A DNA stretch of 64,000 bases from Epiperipatus broadwayi (lineage: Eukaryota; Animalia; Onychophora): NCBI GenBank assembly GCA_028023455.1, contig JAQFVV010000001.1, forward strand, positions 1,302,001 to 1,366,000, in the 5' to 3' direction. Below the pieces are notes generated by a model, which was given only the letters and a program-made list of their open reading frames with translations, was not told the DNA's origin and searched no databases. How positions within the stretch are numbered: position 1 is the stretch's first letter; each line of letters begins with the position of its first letter. Shown piece after piece: positions 27,831-39,078 of this stretch. Both the position numbers and the translations under genes were made by a program.

Positions 27831-27945
27831 AAGCTTAAATAAGTAAGTTGATTAAATCTGTTGTCTTGGTTTTTTTAAAGCTTTGATTGTGGTGGTATGA
27901 TTTATTTATGATAACCAATTAGCTGTTGTTACTTGGTTTATTAAT

Positions 27946-28910
27946 TGTTCTATTTGGTTAAAAATATAGATTTATTAAGTTTAATAATGTGTAAGATAGG
28001 AAGCCATATTTAATCTCCAGAAAAACAAAAGAGAAGAAAACACAAAGAAAATTTAATTATAGAAATGGTATTTTAAGTAGAGAGCAACAAAAGTAGATTC
28101 CTTAAAAATAAAGTAAATGTAAATGATAATTTAATTAGAAAATGTATGTTACTTAAAATATTTGTCAAAAAGATAACATTGTATATATAAAGCAGAGCGC
28201 AAATGCGTAAAACTGATTAAATGAAACAATAAAGAAAAATTGCTTGATACAATGGAGATTGAAAGAACTAATTGTGGTAAAAGGAAAGACAGCTATGCAA
28301 ATAAAAATGTGTTGGAAATAGGGGAAAATAGATTGATCTTTATCATAGGAAATGTATGGCAGAAACAAGAAATGATAAGATTGTGATCACTAATAAAATC
28401 AGGATTACCAGATATAAAAATATGGGTATTTAGAAATAGTGAGTGGAGAAAGGAGTGAGGGACTTTTTTTGCCTGCAATGTTACTGGCACTGTTAGTGCT
28501 GTCATGTTTTATGCTATTGTAATATATTTGACTGGAGCGAAAAAGATCCAGGGGAATGCCAATAGCCAGTTAGGAAAACAAACATCGCACAGATCTTATT
28601 TTATATGTCTTTCTATGAGTGTCAATCAACTTGTGTATATTGTAATCTAGATTTAAGAATAATATTTACTGAGTTAGAATATAGTTAACATAGAACATTA
28701 GTGAGAATTGAAAATACTAATCAGCGGAAAAAGATTTTATTGATCTTGTTTATAAATACTTAAAATGTTAACTGTTCTTTATATATATGGTTTATGTTGT
28801 TTAAAGATTAATAAATGTTAATTAATTATTACTATCGTTAATTTCTCTTAACTTATTTTTTTTTTCATTTAACTTGCTGACATTCATATAAATTTATTTT
28901 AGAATATACA
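27946..28910 (+). repeat. 5' LTR of Gypsy B
   Basis: TGTTCTATTTGGTTAAAA...AGAATATACA; colinear with 32773-33771. Confidence 0.92.
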
Positions 28911-29061
28911 ACAAAACTTGGCGCAGTCGCTTATTTGAACCTAGCATAGTGAGTAAATTTGGCAATCAATTTGAAACTAACCATGTTATAGCAAAATTTA
29001 GCAGTCAGTCGTTTTCGAACTTAGAAAAAGTTAGGAAAATAAAGAACCAATAGTAGTTAAA

Positions 29062-32000
29062 ATGTCATTAGGACAGTCAGTGATATCTGAATTCAATGTT
29101 AGTAATCCTGGTGAATGGTTATTATATGCTACTCAGATAATTTTTTTTTTTTTTGCTCAATGGGATTGAGGACAATAAAAGAAAAGTAGCAGTGCTGATG
29201 TATTTATCGGGAAGAAGAGTCTTAGATATGATAAACAAATATTATGAGATACCCATAGCTAAGACAATATTATACGAAGAGATAGTTAAAAAACTAAATG
29301 TCCATTTTAGTCCAAGACTTATCGCCAGATTTATTGTCTTTAAGAAATAGAAGACAATGAAAAGATGAAACTATAAAATAGTATGTTCATTGCTTTAAAA
29401 GAATTGAAAGATTGCGATATGGAGAGTATGTAAAGGAGATATTAGACCAGTTATTTTGGGGTCTGTTAGATGATGGACTCGGACAAACCTTGCTCACAGA
29501 AATGGATTTAAATTTTGAGTCAGCTATGAGGAAGGGAGTGGCTCATGAACTAATAATAGAGCAAGTGACACTTTTTAGAAATAGAAATTAAAACGAGAAT
29601 AAAGTGACAGTTTGCAAAACCGATGAAGAGTCATGGAATAAAAACAATATTTCAAACAAAATGTAAAACAAGAATTAGTTGCTTTTGCTGCAGCAAAACT
29701 GAGCACATGAGAAGAAATTGCAAATTTTGAAAAGAAATGTGCCATGACTGTAAACAGAGAGGGCATTTGGCAAGAATGCGTAGGGAAATTGACATAAAAA
29801 TCCTGTCAGGAGAAGCAGCTAAAGTTAAAAACTAAGTCGTAACAGTTTCAGTAACACGAGCCAGTGGACAAAGCAAGTTTATCTTTGATGTGTAATAAAA
29901 AATTAGAAATGGAAATTGATTGTATATCTGGAATATTATTAATCTTTGAGAACCTATGGCAACAGCTTAGGCGAGAAAGTACAGAGAGAATTCAAAAGAC
30001 ATCTATTACGGCTGTAGATGTAAGTGATAATGAATTAGGAATGATAGATTACACAATGTTGCCTATTAAATACATGAATAAGAGTAAAATTGCCAATATA
30101 TATAGTAAAGGGAAATATCAGTCCATTAATAGGGCATTGAATGGCTTAAAGAAATAGGAATTAATGTTAATGCAGTGAATTATTTGTCAATGGGACGAGA
30201 TAGAGCATAGATTCCACAAATTATTTGCAAATGAATTAGGACTAATATTATCGAACCCAGTTCATATTGTTGTAGTGGAAAATGTGAATCCGATTATTTT
30301 TAAAGCCAGGAAAATATCATTGACTCTGAGAGAAAAATTAGAGGAAAAGATTAGATCTCAAATTAATAAAGGAGTATTAACCCAGGTGGAGTCAATGGAT
30401 TGTGCAACAGCAATAGTAGTAATTACTAAACCAAACAAAATTAGAATTTATGGGGATTTTAGGGTCATGATGAACAAATATTTGAATAAAGGAGCATATC
30501 CAGTTCCAAACATAAAGGAAGTGCTGTCCAGATTAGTAGATGCAAAGGTTCCATGTATTACCAGATCAAGGTGACTGAAAAAACGGCTCCAATTTTAACT
30601 TTTAACATTTTCTTTTGGGTTGTTCAAGTGTAACAGACTTTTGTTTAGAATATCCACGACTCCAAATCTTTTTCAGGCGAAAATTGACTATATCCTAAAC
30701 GGATTAACAGGAGTCCTACCATATTATGACCATATACTAATTACAGCAGCATCAGTGAAAAACTGAAGAGACAGGGTTTTGAGAGTTTGCGAAAGACTAA
30801 GTAGGGCAGGTGTTACGTTGAATGAAGAAAAATGTGTGTGGCAAACTTAAGAATTAGTTTTTTCGGGCCACCTTATTTCGGATAAAGGGACGCAATCTTG
30901 TCCTTAAAAAGTCAAAGCTGTAAAAAATGTAGGTGAACCCCAAAACAAAACAATTGCAAGCATTCTTAGGATTAGTAAACTTTTTTGAACCTTTTCTAAA
31001 GAACAAAGCAATGATAGCTAATTCATTATATGAGTTGCTGAGAAAAGATCAAAAATGGCAATGGACACAGTTGCAAGAGGTAGCGTTTGAGGAAATACAT
31101 ACTGTTAATGTCAGATAATTCGTTTTGATAGTGAGAAAAAACTTCAAATAACCACCGATGCATCTGAATATCGGGTAGGGGTAGTGTTATCTCACCCTAG
31201 TGATAAAGGAGAATGGCTGGTGACATATGCAAAAGCAAAGAAAAATTATAGTCAGAAAGATAAAGAAGTATTGGCTATAGTATTTGCTCTGAAAAAATTT
31301 CACTGACATGTGGCGTAGAAGTTTTGATATAGTTACAGATCATAAGTCGTTAATTAGGCATTTTTGCTCATGATAAATTAATGCCCGAGCACATAAACCT
31401 GAGGATGTTACACTGGCGAAATAATTTGGCCTTATATGGTTACCAGTTACATTTCAAAAAAGGGAAAGATATTATGCATATATGTTGTCAAGATGTCTGG
31501 ATAAATTTGAACCTATAAACACAGAAATGGAAGTGAATTATATAGATAATATAAAATCTAATATTGTAAACAGTGAAATGATTGAAAAATGGACAAACGA
31601 TAACCATGAATACCAAATATTAATGAAATGGATAAGAGAAAGTTGGCCGAAAGCAAAACTGAATTACTTGGCTCAAGGATTTTAGGTTAACAGGGAGTTA
31701 TCAAGGTGTAAAGGTTGTGTAATAATGGGGGATAAAACAGCAATACCGCCTACAGGGAGAAATCTAGTTTTAGAATTGTTGCATAGAGATTACCTAGTTG
31801 TGGTGAGAGCAAAAGCTTTGGCCTGCAGTTACGTTTGGTGACCAGAAATAAATGTAGATATCGAAAATGCCTAAAAATGTGCTTGCATGTTGAGCAAAGA
31901 TTGTACTCCTGGAAAAGAATTATACAACATAGCCGAAGACAAACACCATGGGAAAAACTTCATATAGATCACGCAGGGCGAATTGCAGGAAAAGTAATTT

Positions 32001-32700
32001 TAATAATAGTAGATGCATGTTCAAAGTGGACAAAGCGTTTTGAGCAAGTTTTTCAATAAATGAGTTACCACAAACCATAGTGTCTGATAAGGCGACAGGT
32101 TTCACTAGTTATTCTGCAGCAATATTTTACTGATAATGGAATTCAATATTAATACCCCATCATTCCATTCTGAATTGAATAGCATGGCTGATAAAGCAGT
32201 ACAACAAATTAAAAGGGATTGAAAAAAAGTAATTATGTAAATTTACAAATGTTATGGCAACATTCGATGCTGTGCACAGTAACCAGAGTTCTATCTACTG
32301 CACTGTTACTGGGAAGGAGATCAAAAACAAAATTACTGTTCATCCACCCAAAAGAAAACTGTTCACCAAAATAATTATGATAAAATAGTTTAAAGTGGGA
32401 GTGGTAGTGTGGATTCGAGATGTTTTACGTAAAACATGGATTAAAGAGACAACAAAATATTGTCTAATCATATTGTAAAAATGTCAGAGGGCATGAAATA
32501 ATAGATACAGATGATTTTGGAGGGGCAAAATCAGGAATAGAATAGAAAATGTGCAACCCAAAAGCAGACGTTCCGGAAAACCAAACAGACAAGTCCATAA
32601 TAGAAGAAATATTGAGTGAAAAAGAGATTTAAGAAGAGCAAGCAGAAGTGGATTGTTTACCGAAGATAGAAACAAAATCATCCAAATCTATTTGGGAAAA
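29062..32700 (+). pseudogene. Frameshifted gag-pol of Gypsy element B
   Basis: MDCATAIVVITKPNKIRIYGDFR, LQAFLGLVNFFEPF, TTDASEY and PWEKLHIDHAG motifs; many stops. Confidence 0.88.
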
Positions 32701-32772
32701 GCGTAGACCAAATAAATTTCCAAGATTATATATGATGATGTTTTACGGAGTTTTTTCTGGAATAGGGGGTAA

Positions 32773-33771
32773 TGTTTTATTTGGTTAAAAACATAGATTT
32801 ATTAAGTTTAATAATGTATAAGATAGGAAGCCATATTTAATGACTTCAGAAAAACGAAAGAGAGAAAACAAACAAAAGTTTAATTATAGAAATGTTATTT
32901 TAAATAGAGAGCAATGAAAGTAGATTGCTTAAAGATAAAGTAAATGTGAAATGATAATTAAATTAGCAAACGTACGTTACATTAAAATATTTGTTAAAAA
33001 AATAACATTGTATATATAAAGCAGAGAGCAAATGTTTAAAACATTAAATGAAATGATAAAGAAAAATTGTTTAATACAATGGAGATCAAAAGAACTAATT
33101 GCAGTAAGAGGAAAGAGCTGTGCAAATAAAAATGTTTTGGAAATAAACTGATCTTTATCGTAGGAAATTTATGGCAGAAACAGGAAATAAGGAAAGAAAA
33201 AGATTGCAATCAGTAATAAAATCAGGATTACCAGATATGAAAAGATAGGTATGTATAAATAGTGAGTGCAGAAAGGAGCTTTGTTTTTCTCTGCGATATT
33301 CGTGATGCTATTAGTGCTGTTGAGTTTTGTGCTGTCAATATATATGAAAAGTCGCAACGAAGAATTTGATCCCAGAGACCGAGCTTCTGTAGATGCCAAT
33401 AGCTGGTTAAGGCAACAAACATCTTATTTTATTTTCATACGCTTGATGAGCTTTATAGGATTGATCAGAAAGAGAACTGTGACTATCAACCAACTTGTGA
33501 ATATTGTGAACTAGATTTAAGAATAATATTGACAGAGTTAGAATATAGTTAATGATGAACATTAGTGAGAATTGAAAATACTAATCAGCAGAAGAGATTT
33601 TATTGATTTTGTTTGTAAATACTTAAAATATTGTCTTTTATATATATGGTTTATATTGTTGAAAGATTAAAATCAATAAATGTTAATTATTACTATTGTT
33701 AATTTCATTTGACTTATTTTTTCTTTCATTTAACTTGCTGGTATTTATATAAATTCATTTTAGAATACACA
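32773..33771 (+). repeat. 3' LTR of Gypsy B
   Basis: TGTTTTATTTGGTTAAAA...AGAATACACA, directly after the polypurine tract. Confidence 0.92.
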
Positions 33772-36006
33772 TTAGTATATATATGAAATGTATGTATTTA
33801 ACAGTAAATATTGTTATTTACAAATACATTAAAGTAAATCATTAATATGAAATTATTTCATAACTGCTATTCTTAACCTCATTGGCAAGTGATGAGCAAA
33901 TCAGCTAACTAATTAACTGAAGATGAATATTTCAACTATTGATGCAGAAAAAAAATCACCCCATACTAGCTACTACTAGCTTGCCTAGAAGTTTTTCTAA
34001 CCAGAGGTTATGTCACTTGAAAGGTAAATCAAATTTTTAGGACCTGCATTTTATTACTTACTGTCTGACTGCAAATATTTGTTAGCTTTTTAGGTAGAGT
34101 AAGAAAATTTTAATATAAATAAATTTAGTCATTTGTTAAATATTTCTATTGGACTTTTTTTACAATTATAATCATATATTTATAATATTAACAACTACCT
34201 ATTTGTAATCACGTATGCATAGTGATCACAATAAATTTCATATTTTATACGTTTACTTTGTTATATATTTTATCAAAATAAATTATATAGCCAGCACTAT
34301 CAATAATATGTCTTTTTTATTAATAATGAAAAATAAATTGACTTTAAAATATTTAAATGCTCCAGTTTCATCTTTCAAAGGTCACATATTAGATATTTAG
34401 TATGGATGGAAGTGTATTGTATAGGAGTCAGCAAGAAATAGATTACGCTCCAAATATGTTAAACATGTTATTGTAATTTAAAATTGATGGAATTTTATTC
34501 ATTAAAATGCTTTTAGGTATTTAATTTTTATATTTTATTTTGCAAGTCTTTTTTACTTATAGCACAATAGCTTAAAAGCGAGGTTTATTTCATTTTCATA
34601 CACTGAAAATTAGAATAACAGTAAACGGATTAAAACTAATGGCATCATTAATCAATTTTTTAAGGTAACTGATGTTTATCACGGCAGAGATGAACTGGAA
34701 ATAATAAAAGTGAAAATAAGCAAAAGAGCTAATTGTTTATTAATTGGACATTCCTAATTGGATGAGGTGATTTATATAAATAAACATTACTTGAGAATCA
34801 AGTTATAGGAAATAATGTGCAACTAGGGTTCAGTGTTTTGAAATATAAAGTCCAATATAATAATAAATTTAGATTTACTAATAATCAAATAGTCTATGGA
34901 TTGTGCCTCCGACTTCTGTTATCTCCAGTGCTCAAATTTTTTTTTATAAATTCTTGAATAAAATGGTAATTTAACAATGTATAAAATTCAATAGATGAAA
35001 ATATAAAATGATGATTAAGTTTATTGAGTTTTTAAATTATTAAAATAAAACTTTGTAAACATTTTATTTTAATTGAGAGTACAGCTATTGTAAATTCCAA
35101 CTTTATAAAGTGCCCAAAATACACTTTAAAATGTCAGGAGGTAAGTTTTTTACAACTGATGAATTTTTAACATCCATAATCTTTTTTTTTTTTTTTAACG
35201 ATAACACATATCAAATAACCTGTTATTGCATCTATCTTTAATACATAATTGGAAACTAAAACATTTAAGTAGCAGATTTAATATTTCATAATAATAACTT
35301 ATTTGGCTGACTGATGTTCAAATAATTGAGTTTGGCTCCTATCAAAACTAATAAATGTTTATTTTTCGAAGTATTTTATAACCAATTTTGATAATAATTC
35401 AAATATTATAAAACATGAATTATAATCTTTAAAATTTTATAATTATATAATTGATGGATTATATGTAATTTAAAAATTTATTTAAAACAAAAATGTTATT
35501 GAATTCAATAGTGGACAATGTTAGAAGTGATAGACTAGAATAATGGAGTGTGACTTGTTTGTAACACTTGGTTCTGTGTTTGTATCCAAAATTATAAATG
35601 ATCAAATAATATATAATTAAAAGGGGTAGTGGTGGATCGTTATAGTTATATGTTTCTCTGCAGGTCTATACCTTTCTATTAAATTGACCAAAATGATTTT
35701 TTTTATACTTACAGTTGGGAATCAGTAATCTATTTTCAGAGTGTTATTCATTATTGCACTAAACCGCATGGCAATGATTATGTAATGTTAAAACATAGAA
35801 TTATATTGTTAAATAGATATACAGTTATTTGAGAGTTTAATACTAATTTAGTATTAAGTAAACTTGTAATTTGCATATATTTTTTTGTGTGAGTTCTAGA
35901 AATTTTTTCATTATTATTACTACTAATTTTGGGAAATGTGACATGCTATTTATGGTATAAGTGTGTGTGTAGTCGTGATAATGAAAGTAAAACATTTCCT
36001 TTTTAG

Positions 36007-36135
36007 GTATTACGAATGGAACATTTAATTCTTAAAATTTTATCTTTTGATGTGGCTACACCTACAATATATTGCTTTTTACAACGCTACTGTAAATTGG
36101 ACAGGTTAAACAGTGAAACAGAAGCTCTTGCATTA
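36007..36135 (+). CDS. CycA: Cyclin A exon, 129 nt
   Basis: TTTTAG acceptor and GTAAGT donor. VLRMEHLILKILSFDVATPTIYCFLQRYCKLDRLNSETEALAL. Confidence 0.96.
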
Positions 36136-36685
36136 GTAAGTCAGTCCCTTTTTTGTAGTTAACTTTTATAAGCTAGAGAAATATGTAGTCTACAGTTATT
36201 TGTTTTATTTTATTAATAGATACATCTTTTAATGACATACTTTTTTGCATATAAATGATGTAAGCTTCAATTATTACTGCTCTCTTTTGTTAATATTTCC
36301 TAGCTTTTACTTGGCTGTACCATTAATATTTTATATTGCTCTATTCACTTCTCACATTTTTTCTTAATTCTTAAAGACAATATTTAATTTATTTTAAACA
36401 CTTCTTTTTTTTTCTTTCTTAATACATCGTCACTTAACTTTATCTGCATAATATTTTATTCTTTTCACTTAATGAATCCTGTCCGCCTTCTTTCTGGAAT
36501 GCTCTTTTCTTTTGTTATAGAAATCTGATTTCAAAACCATTATCTGTTTAAAATGACTAATTTTTATCAGTGATGGCTAACTTTGATACAACCTATTAGA
36601 TAAATGATTTAAGAATAGTCCTCTGTGTCATTTACTTATTTAATTTTTCTAAATTTATAGTGTGTGCACATGAATATGGTAAATA

Positions 36686-37297
36686 AAACAGGCAAAACTT
36701 TATACGTATTGCCACTCAGAGCACTGGACCTAGATCTTAGGATCTAATGCAACTCTCCAGCAGCCACCTTTTATCTCTACTTAACTACAAAACTATGCGT
36801 CTTAAATTGAAAACACCATAATATTTCCAATCCAAGCTCAATAGCTTATATAGTCATATAGGTCTGAACTCAGTTCAGTACCTTTATATTTTGGTGATTT
36901 GGCTTTTTAATAATCATAGCCACCACTATCCTATTAGGCAGAATTGTTTTTAAGTTAATAAACATCTCATGATCACCATTTCTTATGCTTGCTTATAACT
37001 GTTATTAAAACATGCAAAACTCTATGTATTGCTATTCAGTGCAAGCCAGAATAATCAATGGATGCCAGAGGGCTTATGCATAAAATCCCCATCTAGTGCC
37101 TACTCATCCAATATCCCCAGACTAGTTTCTAGCTTGTAGCCTTCGTCAGTGAGGAGCCTTGTCTGGGGATAGCCTTCTGGCATCCATTGATTACTCTAGC
37201 TTGCATTGAGTGGCAATATGTATAGAGAGTTTTGCCTGTTTTAATAACACTTATAAGCAAGCATAAGAAATGATGATCATGTGATGCTTATTGGCTT
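36686..37297. mobile_element. HH-B hammerhead repeat insertion (antisense unit plus short sense arm)
   Basis: 13-bp direct repeat AATATGGTAAATA at 36673-36685 and 37298-37310. About one ~450-nt unit in permuted order. Confidence 0.9.
37114..37155 (-). ncRNA. Type I hammerhead ribozyme motif (HH-B)
   Basis: Minus strand: TCCTCA CTGACGA A-GGC tacaa GCT-A GAAAC TA GTC TGGGGA. Confidence 0.82.
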
Positions 37298-38761
37298 AAT
37301 ATGGTAAATACATGCATAAGATTTGTGAATTTTGTATTTAACAGTTAATAAAATGTAAGTTATTTAGTTATTGTGCATGCACACACACACTTTAAAGCAT
37401 TTGAACTTAAATCTTGACATTATCAAATTTGTAATACTAAACTGGTTATGTAATCAAATTATTCAAAGTTTAAATTATATCAGCCAATAATTATTATGTA
37501 ATAAAAAAATCTTACTAATTTTGATATATCAAAATACCAATTACCTTCATGGTAATCATTTCATAATTTTGTACATGGCTCTGCAGTCATCTGAGGAATG
37601 GGGTTATAACTTAGGAAATGATTATCTTAGAACTTATTGGTTAGTATTTGGTAAGTGTTCTATGTGAGTCTTGAAAAGAGTAATTTGTATATACATATAT
37701 TCTTATACAAGTCTGTATTAAATTATTATTTTCAACAAACCAATTAAAAAATTATTATTTTTAATTAACATTGGAGCTAGACAATGCTTGATGTCTCATT
37801 GAGGATTGAGTTAATATGTGTATGCTCTTGGCATCTGTAATTGATAATGATATCTTCCTAGTAGTTACAAGACTTGATCAGGTGTAAATGGTTTAAGTTG
37901 TTGGAAATAGTGATTTTTTAAATTTTTTTATATATATTTATCAGTTTGACAAAACAGATATTACAAGCTGTTTTTGATATGCTGAGTGGGTGATGGTGAA
38001 CTTGTGAATGTTTTTTTGACAAAAATTAATTATCCAATTTTTTAAGCTAAATAGCTAATAAAATAATTTTTTTAAGTAATTGTGCAGAAATCTTTCAAAA
38101 CCACTAAAGAATGCCTAAAACTTATAGTTTAAAGTTCATTACAGGAGCTAAACAGTAATTTTGATTTATAGGTTTCTTTTATTCTGTTTCTGATTCAAAT
38201 CTGGTTAAATAATTAAACTCAATTTCAAACTTTGCTATGCAAATTGTTTTTTTTTAATGTCATCTTTCAAGAAATGATATTGTATAATAAGATTTTAAGA
38301 TTATATTTAATGTAAAGTGATATTTTAGGATTTAGTTTTTTTTTTTTAATACTATAGTTCTAAAATCTGTCATTATTAATATGAATTTTAAAAGTAAAAC
38401 ATTATACATGTTTTAAGTTAGTCACATTTTTAACCCCAGGCCTTTTAGACACAATCAGTACTATTCATAGTACTTACTATTTAAGTTTTTTTTATATCTT
38501 TATGCTTTCTAGAATGATCTATTGACGGAAAGTAATGGCTTTTGTGATTGGTTTAAATGAATTGAAAAACAATTTCATATTAATAAAAATTAGAAGTAAA
38601 GATAATAGATAATAATATATATAATCATTAAAACCCCATTTATCCTTGATCATTATTATACTTTTATATATATATATTAAAACGAAGATTTGCACGGGTT
38701 AAATATATAAAATACCTATTTTGCGGGTTCATCCGTGTTAAAAAACTTTTAATATTAATAT

Positions 38762-38801
38762 ACTGACGTTTCGACTTGGTCACACAAGTCATCCACAGAG
38801 T
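38762..38801 (-). ncRNA. Minimal hammerhead-like motif in the PLE pseudo-LTR (core variant)
   Basis: Minus strand: ACT CTGTGGA T GACTTG tgtgac CAAGTC GAAAC GTC AGT. Palindromic stem III ACGT with a GUC site. A6 is replaced by U and there is an extra U before stem II. Confidence 0.65.
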
Positions 38802-39038
38802 TATAAAAGGTAGAAAGACTGGTATTCTATCAGTGCAAAATTAGAGAAGCTATTGAGATACTTAAAAGGCCAGATTGTATCAATAAGCGAGATGATACAT
38901 GCAAACTTCCTCCTATTTGGAAAGATTTTTTTAAAAAACATTCCTAAATTTAACATTTTTGCTATTGGTGGAATTTTAACGTTTTATTCAAATCAGTGAT
39001 TGTAGCGCCTCTACACAACTGTCTTTCTACCTTTTATA

Positions 39039-39078
39039 ACTCTGTGGATGACTTGTGTGACCAAGTTGAAATGTCAGT
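39039..39078 (+). ncRNA. Minimal hammerhead-like motif in the PLE pseudo-LTR (CpG-decayed copy)
   Basis: ACT CTGTGGA T GACTTG tgtgac CAAGTT GAAAT GTC AGT. Confidence 0.55.

Larger units (their letters stand above)
27946..33771 (+). mobile_element. Structurally complete but decayed Ty3/Gypsy LTR retrotransposon B
   Basis: Two TG...CA LTRs (27946-28910, 32773-33771). PBS TGGCGCAGTCG at 28919 (complementary to the tRNA-Ser 3' end). PPT GGAATAGGGGG at 32759. Flanks TTAAT/TTAGT. RT, RNase H and integrase fragments. Confidence 0.93.

Noticed and set aside
31399-31425. CTGAGGA...CGAAA in Gypsy B
   Set aside because: It needs multiple G.U pairs, has no stem I/III or NUH site, and lies within pol coding sequence.
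33266-33514. 82-aa ORF with a hydrophobic N-terminus (looks like a small membrane or secreted protein)
   Set aside because: It lies wholly inside the 3' LTR of Gypsy B, and the corresponding 5' LTR sequence does not preserve the frame.
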